DNA from: Vibrio cholerae ATCC 14035
GTDB lineage: Bacteria; Pseudomonadota; Gammaproteobacteria; Enterobacterales; Vibrionaceae
Direction: 5' to 3'
DNA length: 21,934 nt
NCBI RefSeq assembly: GCF_000621645.1
Contig: NZ_JHXR01000031.1
Location: forward strand, 1-21,934
In this document: in pieces, positions 9,839 through 18,032 of the stretch
How the letters are laid out: every line of letters begins with the position of its first letter
Numbering within the stretch: the stretch's first letter is position 1
Program-made: the position numbers and the translations under genes
The notes under the pieces: model-generated
Databases searched by the model: none
The model's input: only the letters and a program-made list of their open reading frames with translations
What the model was told of the DNA's origin: nothing

Positions 9839-11158
9839 TTACTTAATTGTTCTGTTTAACTTTTCAACGATTTCAGTGGCATGTTGAAATATTGCATCCT
9901 TTACCAACGCAAACTCCTGTCCAGGGAATCTTTTGTCTATAGAACTCAGTGCGCTACTAAATTGAGCGAGAAAGGCATAGAAGATTTCATGGCATTCAGC
10001 ATTACTGATACCGAACTGACTCGCTGTCTGCTCTATATGCCGTAAGCAAATCTTGCTGATATGGTATTTGTATCCTCGTGATGCTTGCAGTCCCATTGCT
10101 AGTTTTAGCTTGCGCTTATTTAACCCTGTAGCACTGACAGCAGGGTAAGCTGATAGCAAATCGTAGAACGGTGCAAGTTTATAGTATCCGCCAGTATCAA
10201 TATGCACGGAAAAATTCTTGAGATGACCGTCAGTGGCACCAAGAAGGCACTGTAAAATCATGAATTTAAAAAAGTCATGATTGTTCGCCTTGCTTTGCGC
10301 AGAGAGACTTAAAACATCAACAATTTTGGAGACACTTAGGTTGTTCTCCGATTGATATTTTTGATGTTCAGGTACACCCAAAATCTGGCAGAAATCTTCT
10401 TGGTGTCTACGAGTCACAACTCCATCACCAAAACATCGGTCGAACCGTTTTACTGCAAGGGCTTTAGTTCCTGATTCTGCGGTTATTATCTCAATGTCGG
10501 GGACTTTAAAACCAAGTTCCTTTGCTATTTGAGTACAGATGAATTCATTCTCAATGCTGCTACTCATATCTAGCACGGAGTTACTTTGGGTAATCACATC
10601 CATCGGATACTTAACTATGTGACTACTGAACGCGGTTCCCTGTGGGACATACCACCTACCATTTGTTTTCATCAGCGTGGTTTTTCTTTGTGTACCAGAT
10701 ATACATGGCCTGTAGTCACCAAAACATGGAAGAAATGACTTACGCTGAGTAACGAGTTCATTTAATTCACTTGCCGAGATCTCTCGATATTTCCACCCTA
10801 TCTTTGGCGGCTCCCTACTCTCAGTAAATGAAATGCCGCCCGTGCAATCGTGACCAACTTTTGAGAGTAAAGTGAATACATCGTTGGATTGCACACCCAC
10901 CGACTGAGCAAGACTGAATCGTTCTTCTTTCAAGTCAGGAAGCAGGTTGTGAATAAAATTCAGTGCGTAAAATGATGCACATTCTCCCTTTACGAGCGGC
11001 AGGCTTAACGAAAGCGGAAAGGCTGAATCATATGCTAACCACTCATCAGAGTATGAAAATGATAAGTTGGTCTTCGACTGTTGGACAAACTGCCCCACAA
11101 GCATGTTGTTATTTGTGGCATGTGCGTAAAGTATAGGATTATGCAAATTAGCTCCCAC
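9839..11158 (-). CDS. hipA: HipA-family serine/threonine kinase toxin
   Basis: Collinear with recalled E. coli HipA: PLSLSLPL, NLLPD, ISGTQRKTTL (cf. VAGAQEKTAL), ALAVKRFDR, LLGATDGHLKNFSV (catalytic loop), LAPFYDLLSAYP, LKLAMGL. The start is GTG 11158 (11-nt overlap with the upstream ORF) or TTG 11146 (SD GGGAG 5 nt upstream). Confidence 0.9.
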   Translation of the reverse strand: MGANLHNPILYAHATNNNMLVGQFVQQSKTNLSFSYSDEWLAYDSAFPLSLSLPLVKGECASFYALNFIHNLLPDLKEERFSLAQSVGVQSNDVFTLLSKVGHDCTGGISFTESREPPKIGWKYREISASELNELVTQRKSFLPCFGDYRPCISGTQRKTTLMKTNGRWYVPQGTAFSSHIVKYPMDVITQSNSVLDMSSSIENEFICTQIAKELGFKVPDIEIITAESGTKALAVKRFDRCFGDGVVTRRHQEDFCQILGVPEHQKYQSENNLSVSKIVDVLSLSAQSKANNHDFFKFMILQCLLGATDGHLKNFSVHIDTGGYYKLAPFYDLLSAYPAVSATGLNKRKLKLAMGLQASRGYKYHISKICLRHIEQTASQFGISNAECHEIFYAFLAQFSSALSSIDKRFPGQEFALVKDAIFQHATEIVEKLNRTIK

Positions 11159-11687
11159 TTTCTTCTAGTTGGGCTGTGTTCTTGTAGAGGTTAATTGCAT
11201 TTTCTACTGCCAGCATTTCGGCTTTGATATCCAATCTGCGATTGTCATGTTCTGAGATGTATTGTTCTATGCATGGCCTAAGCTCGGAGTATTGCGCACA
11301 CAACCGATTGAAATGCTTCCATGCCCTTTGATGAAGAGAATTGGACTCTGACAGCTCTGACTGTTTATCTTGCAAAATCGTCAAGAGACTTTCTTTTTTG
11401 AGGGAAAGGTAATTGGAATCCTCACTGTAATTATCGTAATCAACAACCTCCCAATCGGTATGGTTGAACATAAAACCTTTGGAAAACTTCTCATCGCCGC
11501 GTTTATCGAAGCCGCATGAGAGGATTGCGCCGATAAGCGACATTTCCTTCAATTTTTTTTCGACGTATTCATCTGATAAGTATTCTTTCTCATCACAGTC
11601 TATTGGAAAGGACTTTAAGTCATTGGCAGAGAAATGTTCATTGTAATAAATGGCGAGAAATAACTCTTTTCTGATCTTTACCTTCAT
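11148..11687 (-). CDS. Hypothetical 179-aa protein occupying the position normally held by HipB
   Basis: Long ORF abutting or overlapping the hipA start, which suggests translational coupling. No HTH or other motif I recognise. The C-terminal third looks helical or coiled-coil-like. No clear SD at ATG 11687. Confidence 0.55.
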   Translation of the reverse strand: MKVKIRKELFLAIYYNEHFSANDLKSFPIDCDEKEYLSDEYVEKKLKEMSLIGAILSCGFDKRGDEKFSKGFMFNHTDWEVVDYDNYSEDSNYLSLKKESLLTILQDKQSELSESNSLHQRAWKHFNRLCAQYSELRPCIEQYISEHDNRRLDIKAEMLAVENAINLYKNTAQLEESGS

Positions 11688-11793
11688 GTGTTCAAAAAAC
11701 GGTCTTTATTGATGGTTTTGAGGATTATAGTCCGTGGAGTTATATGCCGCAACTGTGCAATTGTTCAACAAATTAATTTCATAAATAAAAAAC

Positions 11794-12003
11794 ATGAACA
11801 AGAAGCTTGCAGCACTTGTGGGCAAACGCATTGCAAAAATGAGAAAATCCAAGGGGTTAACTCAAGATAAACTCGCGTTGCTCGCAGAGATAGATAGAAG
11901 TTATGTGGGACGCATTGAGCGCGGTGAAGTCAATATCACGGTTGAGAAGCTGTATCAGATTGCGGACACTTTGGGCTGTGATGTGAAGGAACTTCTGCCT
12001 TAA
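11794..12003 (+). CDS. XRE/Cro-C1 family HTH regulator (HipB-like), divergent from the hipA operon
   Basis: VGKRIAKMRKSKGLTQDKLALLAEIDRSYVGRIERGEVNITVEKLYQIADTLGCDVKELL is a classic HTH_3 fold pattern. Confidence 0.8.
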   Translation: MNKKLAALVGKRIAKMRKSKGLTQDKLALLAEIDRSYVGRIERGEVNITVEKLYQIADTLGCDVKELLP

Positions 12004-12219
12004 TGAGTTAGGTTTGTATGTGGTTTGGACTGAATCAATTGGAGTGTATTCTAGGGATAGGGCTGTTTTTCACAGCTATGTTGCGGAGAGTTCAATGACC
12101 ACGAAAGATCATGGGGCAATCTCATCTCTACTCTCTGCTTTTTGGCTACAGCGTATTAGCTAATAGAGTCAGCGAAGGAATCACTGACTCTAGGTTGAGT
12201 TCAAAACGCGAAGAATATA

Positions 12220-12722
12220 TCAAGCGAAATAAGCGTCATAATGTGGCTTATCATTCGTTTCAATAGCAGTGCAGATTATGTCCCAAATAGCCGCCAATTG
12301 TGGCTGTACGGCTTCAGGAAGTTGTGTACCAAGCTCCATCGACTTCGCATGGCATTTTTCATTCATGTACTCATACAAGGCGTTTGCCTTCACTTCAGCG
12401 TTATCAATACCTTTCAAAAAATTAGGGGCGATATGATCTGTCCCTTGCTTTCTGAAATCAGTCAGGTTAAACCTGAACGAAAAATACACTTCCATTATTT
12501 TTCTGATATACGACTGAACAGCAATAGCGTCACAGTTTTGTGGTTGCGTGACAGCTTCTTTGATTTTACTGATTAGATAAGCGTATTCAGACCTATGGTT
12601 CTTCAATAAGTCAGGCAACTGGTCAATTTGCGAATGATCGCCTTTACGGTTAATTAAGAAGTACTGCGAACGTTTTTGGTTGCCTTCTTTTGCACAATAG
12701 TAAGACATCCACTTCTTCACTA
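12220..12722 (-). pseudogene. C-terminal half (166 codons) of the IS-split type III toxin-like gene
   Basis: The first 12 codons of track ORF 12220..12756 are IS-derived. From 12720 downward the frame continues that of 13817..14245 once the IS is removed. Domain unknown and helical-looking; SYIRKIMEVYFSF and YEYMNEKCH weakly recall C-terminal tails of AAA_13/HEPN-type proteins (memory only). Confidence 0.6.
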
Positions 12723-13816
12723 TACCAGTGATCATTGAAGATGCTTGATTTCTCATAAAATCAGGATCATGCTACGCTCCATGAAAATAACACTGACTCC
12801 CCAACAGAAACTACAACTCGAAGAGATGCACGATTCCACTCGTGATGGTCGAGTACGTGACCGCATCAAAGCGGTCTTACTTGCGTCTGAAGGTTGGAGT
12901 CAGGCGATGATTTCTTAAGCTCTTCGCATTCACGAATCGACTGTTGCACGTCACCTCAGCGACTACGTGCTTTCTGAAAAACTCAAGCCTGAAAATGGTG
13001 GAAGCCAAAGTAAGCTTTCTGCTACCCAAACCATGCATCTAATCGAGCATTTGACTGAAAAAACTTATTTCCATACCCATCAAATCGTTGCTTACGTCGA
13101 GGCTGAATTCGCCGTTCGCTACACAGTTGCAGGCATGAATAAGTGGTTACATCACCACGGTTTTTCATACAAAAAGCCCAAAGGTGTACCGCACAAGCTA
13201 AAACCTGAAGAGCAGCAAGCATTTATCGAGTATTACAACGAGGTGCTTAAGTCCAATGATGCACCAGTGCTTTTCATGGATGCTGTTCATCCGACTCAAT
13301 CAACAAAGCTCAGCTATGGCTGGATCCGTAAGGGGCAGGATAAGCTTATTGAAACGACAGGTAGTCGTACTCGAGTGAATTTAATCGGTGCTCTACCCCT
13401 GAAAGAGATTAGCGACACGATCACCGATACTTATGAGACGATAGATAGCGAGAGTATTGTTCGCTTCTTTTGGAAGCTCAAGAAAGAGTGTTATCCACTA
13501 GAGCAAACCGTGCATATTGTGCTTGATGGCGCAGCCTATCATCGGTCAGAAATGGTGAAGAATGCGGCAAAAGTGCTCAATATAGAGCTTCATTACTTGC
13601 CACCATACAGTCCAAACTTAAATCCGATAGAGCGGCTTTGGAAAGTAATGAATGAGCATGTGAGGAACAATGTCTATTTTCCCTCCAAAGCAGCATTCAC
13701 CTCTGCTATCAAAAAGTTTTTTGATGTGACGCTAGCAGAAGTTGCAGGCTCACTCGCATCCAGAATTACGGACAATTTTCAGATATTGAAACCTGCATCT
13801 TCAAGTTGAACGGGTA
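12723..13816 (+). mobile_element. IS630-family insertion sequence, 1094 bp, flanked by a TA target duplication
   Basis: Imperfect terminal IRs (19/30): left TACCAGTGATCATTGAAGATGC.., and right, reverse-complemented, TACCCGTTCAACTTGAAGATGC... TA at 12721-12722 and 13817-13818. Encodes an IS630/Tc1-like transposase. Confidence 0.8.
12781..13809 (+). pseudogene. IS630-family transposase with an in-frame nonsense codon
   Basis: The ATG 12781 frame (MKITLTPQQKLQLEEMH..RDRIKAVLLASEGWSQAMIS) hits TAA at 12916-12918. The same frame continues ALRIHESTVARHL... to 13809. The DDE region includes LHYLPPYSPNLNPIERLW. Confidence 0.8.
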
Positions 13817-14245
13817 TATATTGGCATCGTTGCGCTTTACTGCATCAATATATTTTTCAACATACTTCTGAAATTGACTGGTTATATGTTCTTCTTTGCC
13901 GATGAGTTTTTTACCAGACTTCTTATTTCGTAAGACAAATACATCATCAGTAACATGGCTATCATCTCTGATTAAGAGTGCCTTTGAGTAATCCAGCCCC
14001 ATGCCTTTGATGGTTCGATCTTGGCGGTTCACCTCTAAGATATATGAGGCATTGTGCTTGATATATGATCTTACAGGAATGGCGAATGTTAATCCGTTAA
14101 TGGTAATTTTAACAATGCCATGACCTCTGGTTTTACTGCTATTCCATGTGCCTAACTGACTATCAAAATCCAAATCTTGTTCTACTTTGGGGTTGTCTAC
14201 ATAGAAAGATTGATCTAATTTTTTTAGTTCCATATCCGATCCCAT
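13817..14245 (-). pseudogene. N-terminal half of the IS-split gene; ToxN/AbiQ/TenpN-like type III toxin domain (tentative)
   Basis: The ORF begins 5-17 nt after a terminator that follows tandem repeats. FYVDN near the N-terminus and GIVKITINGLTFAIPVRS resemble the recalled ToxN segment GIVLEIQGHKYLAPLTS. The last 16 codons of track ORF 13766..14251 are IS-derived. Confidence 0.55.
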
Positions 14246-14249
14246 ATAC

Positions 14250-14281
14250 AAAAAAACCCTGACTTGAGTCAGGGTTTTTTT
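14250..14281 (-). terminator. Rho-independent terminator (symmetrical) between the repeats and the toxin ORF
   Basis: CCCTGAC(14257-14263)/GTCAGGG(14268-14274), 4-nt loop, flanked by A7 and T7 runs. Confidence 0.8.
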
Positions 14282-14291
14282 GTAGATAATA

Positions 14292-14390
14292 CAAGGAATT
14301 TAGGTTTTTTACGTGGGGATGTTCCTACCGCCACAACAAACAAGGAATTTGGTGTTTTTTACGTGGGGATGTTCCTACCGCCACAATCTA
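14292..14390 (-). repeat. Two head-to-tail ~49-50-nt direct repeats; candidate type III antitoxin RNA
   Basis: CAAGGAATTT at 14292 and 14341. An identical 32-nt core TTTTTTACGTGGGGATGTTCCTACCGCCACAA occurs twice. The repeats lie between a putative promoter and the terminator, upstream of the toxin-like ORF. Confidence 0.6.
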
Positions 14391-14397
14391 CACTTAT

Positions 14398-14426
14398 GCT
14401 TTAGTACTCGTAGCCACTGCTGTCAA
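14398..14426 (-). promoter_or_regulatory. Putative sigma70 promoter driving the repeats and toxin
   Basis: On the minus strand: TTGACA (14426-14421), 17-nt spacer, TAAAGC (14403-14398). The -35 is perfect and the -10 is weak. The predicted start falls just before the first repeat. It lies ~40 bp from an IS remnant, so it may be a hybrid promoter. Confidence 0.4.
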
Positions 14427-14466
14427 GCACTTTTAAGCCATATCTATCAGAGAGTTACTTTGATCA

Positions 14467-14870
14467 AATAGTCGTCGTATAACCCAACCAACTGATATGA
14501 ATACTATACCAATATTTGATGTAGCCCAAGCTTTCTTTCACATCATTGTGATAAATGATTTTTTCTATAGAAACTGCGCCTTTTGCTATACCTAATCTCA
14601 TAGCTGGCGTTTTTCCATCTTTCCCCTAAGGACAAAGTTGTAAAATAATCTATACAAATCAGCAAGTTTAATATACATGTCGGTCTTATATGGACTGTAT
14701 CCATACCATACCCTCCTGCTATTCGTGCCACTGGAAAATGGTCGTTCAAACACGCTTACTCTACGTCTAGCCTGCATGAAGAATCTATCAATACCATGCA
14801 GGCTGGCATTGGAAACCAATGCTGCCAACCTTATATCATCGGATTTGAGAATAATGGCTGTGCAGCGAAG
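14467..14870 (-). pseudogene. Decayed DDE transposase C-terminal remnant (IS1-like)
   Basis: There are two minus-strand frame segments. One reads ..HGIDRFFMQARRRVSVFERPFSSG..LYRLFYNFVLRGK (cf. recalled IS1-type IERFN..LRQRVSRLVRKTLSFSK). After a frameshift the other reads GKDGKTPAMRLGIAKGAVSIEKII (cf. ..TPAMAAGL..W..EELL tails). No start codon, and the N-terminal part is absent. Confidence 0.45.
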
Positions 14871-15000
14871 TTACTGCAAAAAGGGTTCTTGCAGAAATTG
14901 ACCTGATGCCACCACTTGGTGCAGGGAGTATTAAAGTGTCTGAGAAAGATTTTTTACTCACAAAAAAGCCCCCATATACAACCATAACATACTGTATATA

Positions 15001-15125
15001 TACCCTTCCTACTTGAAGCTGCAGCGGTGTTGGATGCATTCGTTCACCCCAATCACATAGCTTTATCTATGCTCATGGGGATTCACTCATTTGCCGCCCA
15101 CCTGCAACTTCAAGTTGTTTGGGTA
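15001..15125. mobile_element. 125-bp MITE related to the IS630-family element at 12723-13816
   Basis: Its ends are TACCCTTCCTACTTGAAGCTGCAG.. and ..CTGCAACTTCAAGTTGTTTGGGTA. They are inverted repeats of each other (~21/29) and match the IS right end CTGCATCTTCAAGTTGAACGGGTA. Flanked by TA (14999-15000 and 15126-15127). No coding capacity. Confidence 0.7.
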
Positions 15126-15314
15126 TAAAGCCATAGAACAGATTGAATTGATAGAAAGGCTGACCAGCATTAGTCCTAGCACCCTTGAAAATACCGAAAT
15201 TTTTTATCGATTTTATGTTTTTAAACATGCATATGCCCCCAGAAAGACCAGGGTATTGTACTACGTGTTAAGCGCTTTCCAACGCAACTTGTTTGTTATT
15301 CTTATTTGTTGGCG

Positions 15315-15584
15315 ATTCAAAGTAAAAGGGAGCTGCCAATAACGATCTCGAATGTCGTAAACAACGCTATTGGTCGATATTGACCTCTAAATACGCAAAA
15401 TCCTTAGATGAAAGAGCTTCCAAAGTATCAGTAACATCCTTGATGCTGCGCCCACTCATTTTAGAAAGTTAGTCAAGACGGTTGGGCTTTTCGCGAGAAA
15501 TCAAATTCAGTAGTTCAACATTTTCGTTAGACAACAGTTGTGAAAGCACAGCTAGTTTATGCAAATTATATCTCCAGTGACTCA
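15315..15584 (-). pseudogene. Degraded, 5'-truncated paralogue of the wHTH regulator at 9056-9418
   Basis: Aligns with 9054-9311 at roughly 85% in the alignable blocks. It has a ~10-nt deletion, a ~21-nt insertion (15555-15573) and an in-frame stop (CGT CTT GAC TAA, versus LDEL in the intact copy). Confidence 0.8.
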
Positions 15585-15957
15585 TGTTGAAGGAGGAGTG
15601 TTTGCGTAATCATTGTTGCATGGATTGAATTGTCAATCATGATAAAATCTCATGTTCAACTTTATAAAAATTCAATATCTGAAATTAGTAATCATATGAG
15701 TTATCTATTACTCTAAGCTTTGGCAGGTATTAGCCGTCTATACATCCGATGCATACTAGTTTAACAATGTCAGTTTGCCATTTCTTAAATGGTCTAAAGG
15801 AATAAAAAATTAGATAGACCGAAAGTAAATGTGAAAAATTTAGACGCTTAATTGAGTTATGAGTGTTTTCATGTGGCTCTAAGTGTAATTGCTTGTTAAT
15901 AAAGCCTTTTGTCCTCACTTGTCTAGTTTTTTTACGTTTTATTTCCCAACTGTATGG

Positions 15958-16124
15958 TTATGACGCGCAGCGGTAAGAGAGAACGAACGCTCAAACGACA
16001 CTGCTTTTCGAGTGGGAAGTCGAGCCAGTAGGCCAACAGTGCTCTCAAGTCCGAAGACCTGCCAGCAACTGAGTTATGCAGTGGTATTGCACTCGGTAGG
16101 ATTCACGCGATTTAGGACAACATA
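15958..16124 (+). promoter_or_regulatory. btuB leader with cobalamin riboswitch elements (3' two-thirds recognisable)
   Basis: TGACGCGCAGCGGTAAG (15961-15977), GACACTGC, GTGGGAAGTC (16012-16021) and the B12 box AGTCCGAAGACCTGCC (16048-16063) are collinear with the recalled E. coli btuB leader. Confidence 0.75.
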
Positions 16125-17960
16125 ATGCAAAAATCAGCACTGGCGATCGCTCTAGCATCGCTGCTTACCCCTATCTCTTATTTACACGCCAACGAAGCAC
16201 AACCTCAAGAAACGGTTGTTGTGACGGCAAATCGTTTTGAGCAAAAGGCCAGTTCAACTTTGGCGGATGTGGAAATCATTACCCGCCAAGATATCGAACA
16301 AACTCAAGCTAAGACATTGCCTGAGTTGTTACGTAGATTAACGGGTGTTCAGATCACGCAAAATGGTGGACGTGGTCAGTTAGCCTCTTTATTCGTACGT
16401 GGAACAAGTTCAGATCAAGTATTGGTATTAGTGGATGGAATTCGTTTTGCTCGTGCTGCAAAAGGAGCGGTCGATTTCAACCAAATTCCACTAACTTATG
16501 TTGACCGTATTGAGTATGTGCGTGGCGCTCGAGCTTCGTTATATGGATCTGAAGCGATTGGTGGTGTCATTAACATCATTACTAAAGCTCGTTCACAACA
16601 ACAAGGCACAACCGTAAGTGCTGGACTGGGTTCATTGGATTACCAAGAACTCAGTATTGCTTCTGGGGTTGCGATTGGTGAAAAAGGCCAGATGAATGTG
16701 GCTTTGGGCACAGAGAGTGATAAAGGGTACAACGTTCGTCCAGTTCCTGGAGTGAATGATGGTGATCGTCACGGTTTCAGGTCAGATAATGCGTTGTTGG
16801 GTTACGTGCACCAATTTGATGAGTCTTGGTCTTTGTTTGCCAATGCCCGCGCTTATGAAAATATTTATCAGTACGACAACAGCTATGGTACTCGTGACTA
16901 TAAAGAGGCAGAAAAGGATGACCTTTCTTTTACAATTGGTACTCAGTATCAAAGTGAACGTTGGGTATCTGAATTGCAGCTAACTACCCAGAAGCAAAAA
17001 TCATGGGATTACACCCAGTCTAAGGGAAAATACTCGGACACATCGGATAATCTTGAACAACGAAATATCCAGTGGATTAATCGCTATTTGGTCAATGATG
17101 TGTGGACGTTCGCTGGTGGTGTGGACTGGCGAGACGAGTCGTATATTGATAAAACAGCGGATAAAGAGTTTGACCGCAGCAACACTGCTGCATTTGCTGT
17201 GGTTGCTGCTGAGTGGCAACAATGGCTGTTGGAGGCAAGTCTACGCTTTGATGATAACCAAGAGTATGGTTCGCAAACTACCCACAACATTGCTCTAGGG
17301 TATCAGTTTATCCCTGAGTTCGGGGTTAAAGCATCTTATGGCTCAGCATTTAAGGCTCCCAATTTATATCAACAGTACGATCCGTCTTATGGCAATGTTA
17401 ATTTACAACCGGAAGACGCAGATTCAGCAGAGTTGAGCTTCTACGGCTTATTTTCAGGTATTAAATGGTCTATCACTGGCTATGATTACAAAATCAATAA
17501 CCTGATCGATTACAACTCAACAACGAAGAATTACCAAAACGTAATAGGTGAGAGCAATATAAAAGGAGTTGAGTTTACAGCCGAGTTTGCCACTGGAATT
17601 GTGCAGCACCAGTTAAGTGTTGACCTCAAAGATGCCGATGATAGTAAAGGGAAAACATTACAGCGTCGTGCTGAGCATATGTATAAGTGGAATGCGCTAG
17701 TGGCTTTCGAACAAGTGGATTGGTCAATTGGTTACCAATATGTAGGTAAACGCCCAGATTTGGACTACAACACTTACCCCACTCAAAACATAACACTTGA
17801 TGCGTATTCTCTCGTTGATACCTCAGTTAGCTACTATGTCACAGACTCGACGACTATTAGCGCTCGAATTGATAACTTATTAGATAAAGAGTACGAAACC
17901 GCCAATGGCTACCCTGCTGCTGAGCGCGCGTATTATCTTAATATTGGTTATCAGTTTTAA
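16125..17960 (+). CDS. btuB: TonB-dependent vitamin B12 outer-membrane transporter
   Basis: Signal peptide, TonB box ETVVVTA, plug and beta-barrel motifs, and a terminal ..YYLNIGYQF. Preceded by the B12 riboswitch. Confidence 0.9.
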   Translation: MQKSALAIALASLLTPISYLHANEAQPQETVVVTANRFEQKASSTLADVEIITRQDIEQTQAKTLPELLRRLTGVQITQNGGRGQLASLFVRGTSSDQVLVLVDGIRFARAAKGAVDFNQIPLTYVDRIEYVRGARASLYGSEAIGGVINIITKARSQQQGTTVSAGLGSLDYQELSIASGVAIGEKGQMNVALGTESDKGYNVRPVPGVNDGDRHGFRSDNALLGYVHQFDESWSLFANARAYENIYQYDNSYGTRDYKEAEKDDLSFTIGTQYQSERWVSELQLTTQKQKSWDYTQSKGKYSDTSDNLEQRNIQWINRYLVNDVWTFAGGVDWRDESYIDKTADKEFDRSNTAAFAVVAAEWQQWLLEASLRFDDNQEYGSQTTHNIALGYQFIPEFGVKASYGSAFKAPNLYQQYDPSYGNVNLQPEDADSAELSFYGLFSGIKWSITGYDYKINNLIDYNSTTKNYQNVIGESNIKGVEFTAEFATGIVQHQLSVDLKDADDSKGKTLQRRAEHMYKWNALVAFEQVDWSIGYQYVGKRPDLDYNTYPTQNITLDAYSLVDTSVSYYVTDSTTISARIDNLLDKEYETANGYPAAERAYYLNIGYQF

Positions 17961-17983
17961 ACTTAGACACTGTCTTTAATCAC

Positions 17984-18017
17984 AAAAGCCAGTCAGAACA
18001 TCTGACTGGCTTTTATT
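17984..18017. terminator. Bidirectional Rho-independent terminator between convergent btuB and the protease gene
   Basis: GCCAGTCAG(17988-17996)/CTGACTGGC(18002-18010), 5-nt loop, AAAA upstream and TTTT downstream. Confidence 0.85.
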
Positions 18018-18032
18018 GTTTAATGCGTCATG

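Noticed and set aside
12165-12191. Hairpin AGAGTCAG/CTGACTCT between the convergent XRE gene and the toxin fragment, as a possible terminator
   Set aside because: An 8-bp stem is present but there is no U-tract on either strand, so the evidence is insufficient to call a terminator.
14292-14390. Could the two ~49-nt repeats be a CRISPR array?
   Set aside because: There are only two units, directly adjacent with no spacers, and no cas genes. The position between a promoter and terminator upstream of an ORF fits a type III antitoxin RNA far better.
14716-14741. ATACCCTCCTGCTATTCG as a third IS630-type terminal repeat
   Set aside because: Similarity is confined to the first ~10 nt (TACCCT.CCT). 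The CTTGAAG.TGCAG core is absent.
14769-14822. Perfect hairpins (AGCCTGCATG/CATGCAGGCT with a 16-nt loop; GCATTGG/CCAATGC with a 3-nt loop) suggesting a structured ncRNA
   Set aside because: They fall inside what translates as a decayed transposase remnant. No promoter, terminator or second copy supports an RNA gene. Kept only as a weak possibility.
14990-15003. LexA/SOS-box-like TACTGTATATATAC
   Set aside because: It has only the CTGT half; the required ACAG half-site 8 nt downstream is CCTT. The sequence overlaps the MITE end and its TA-rich target.
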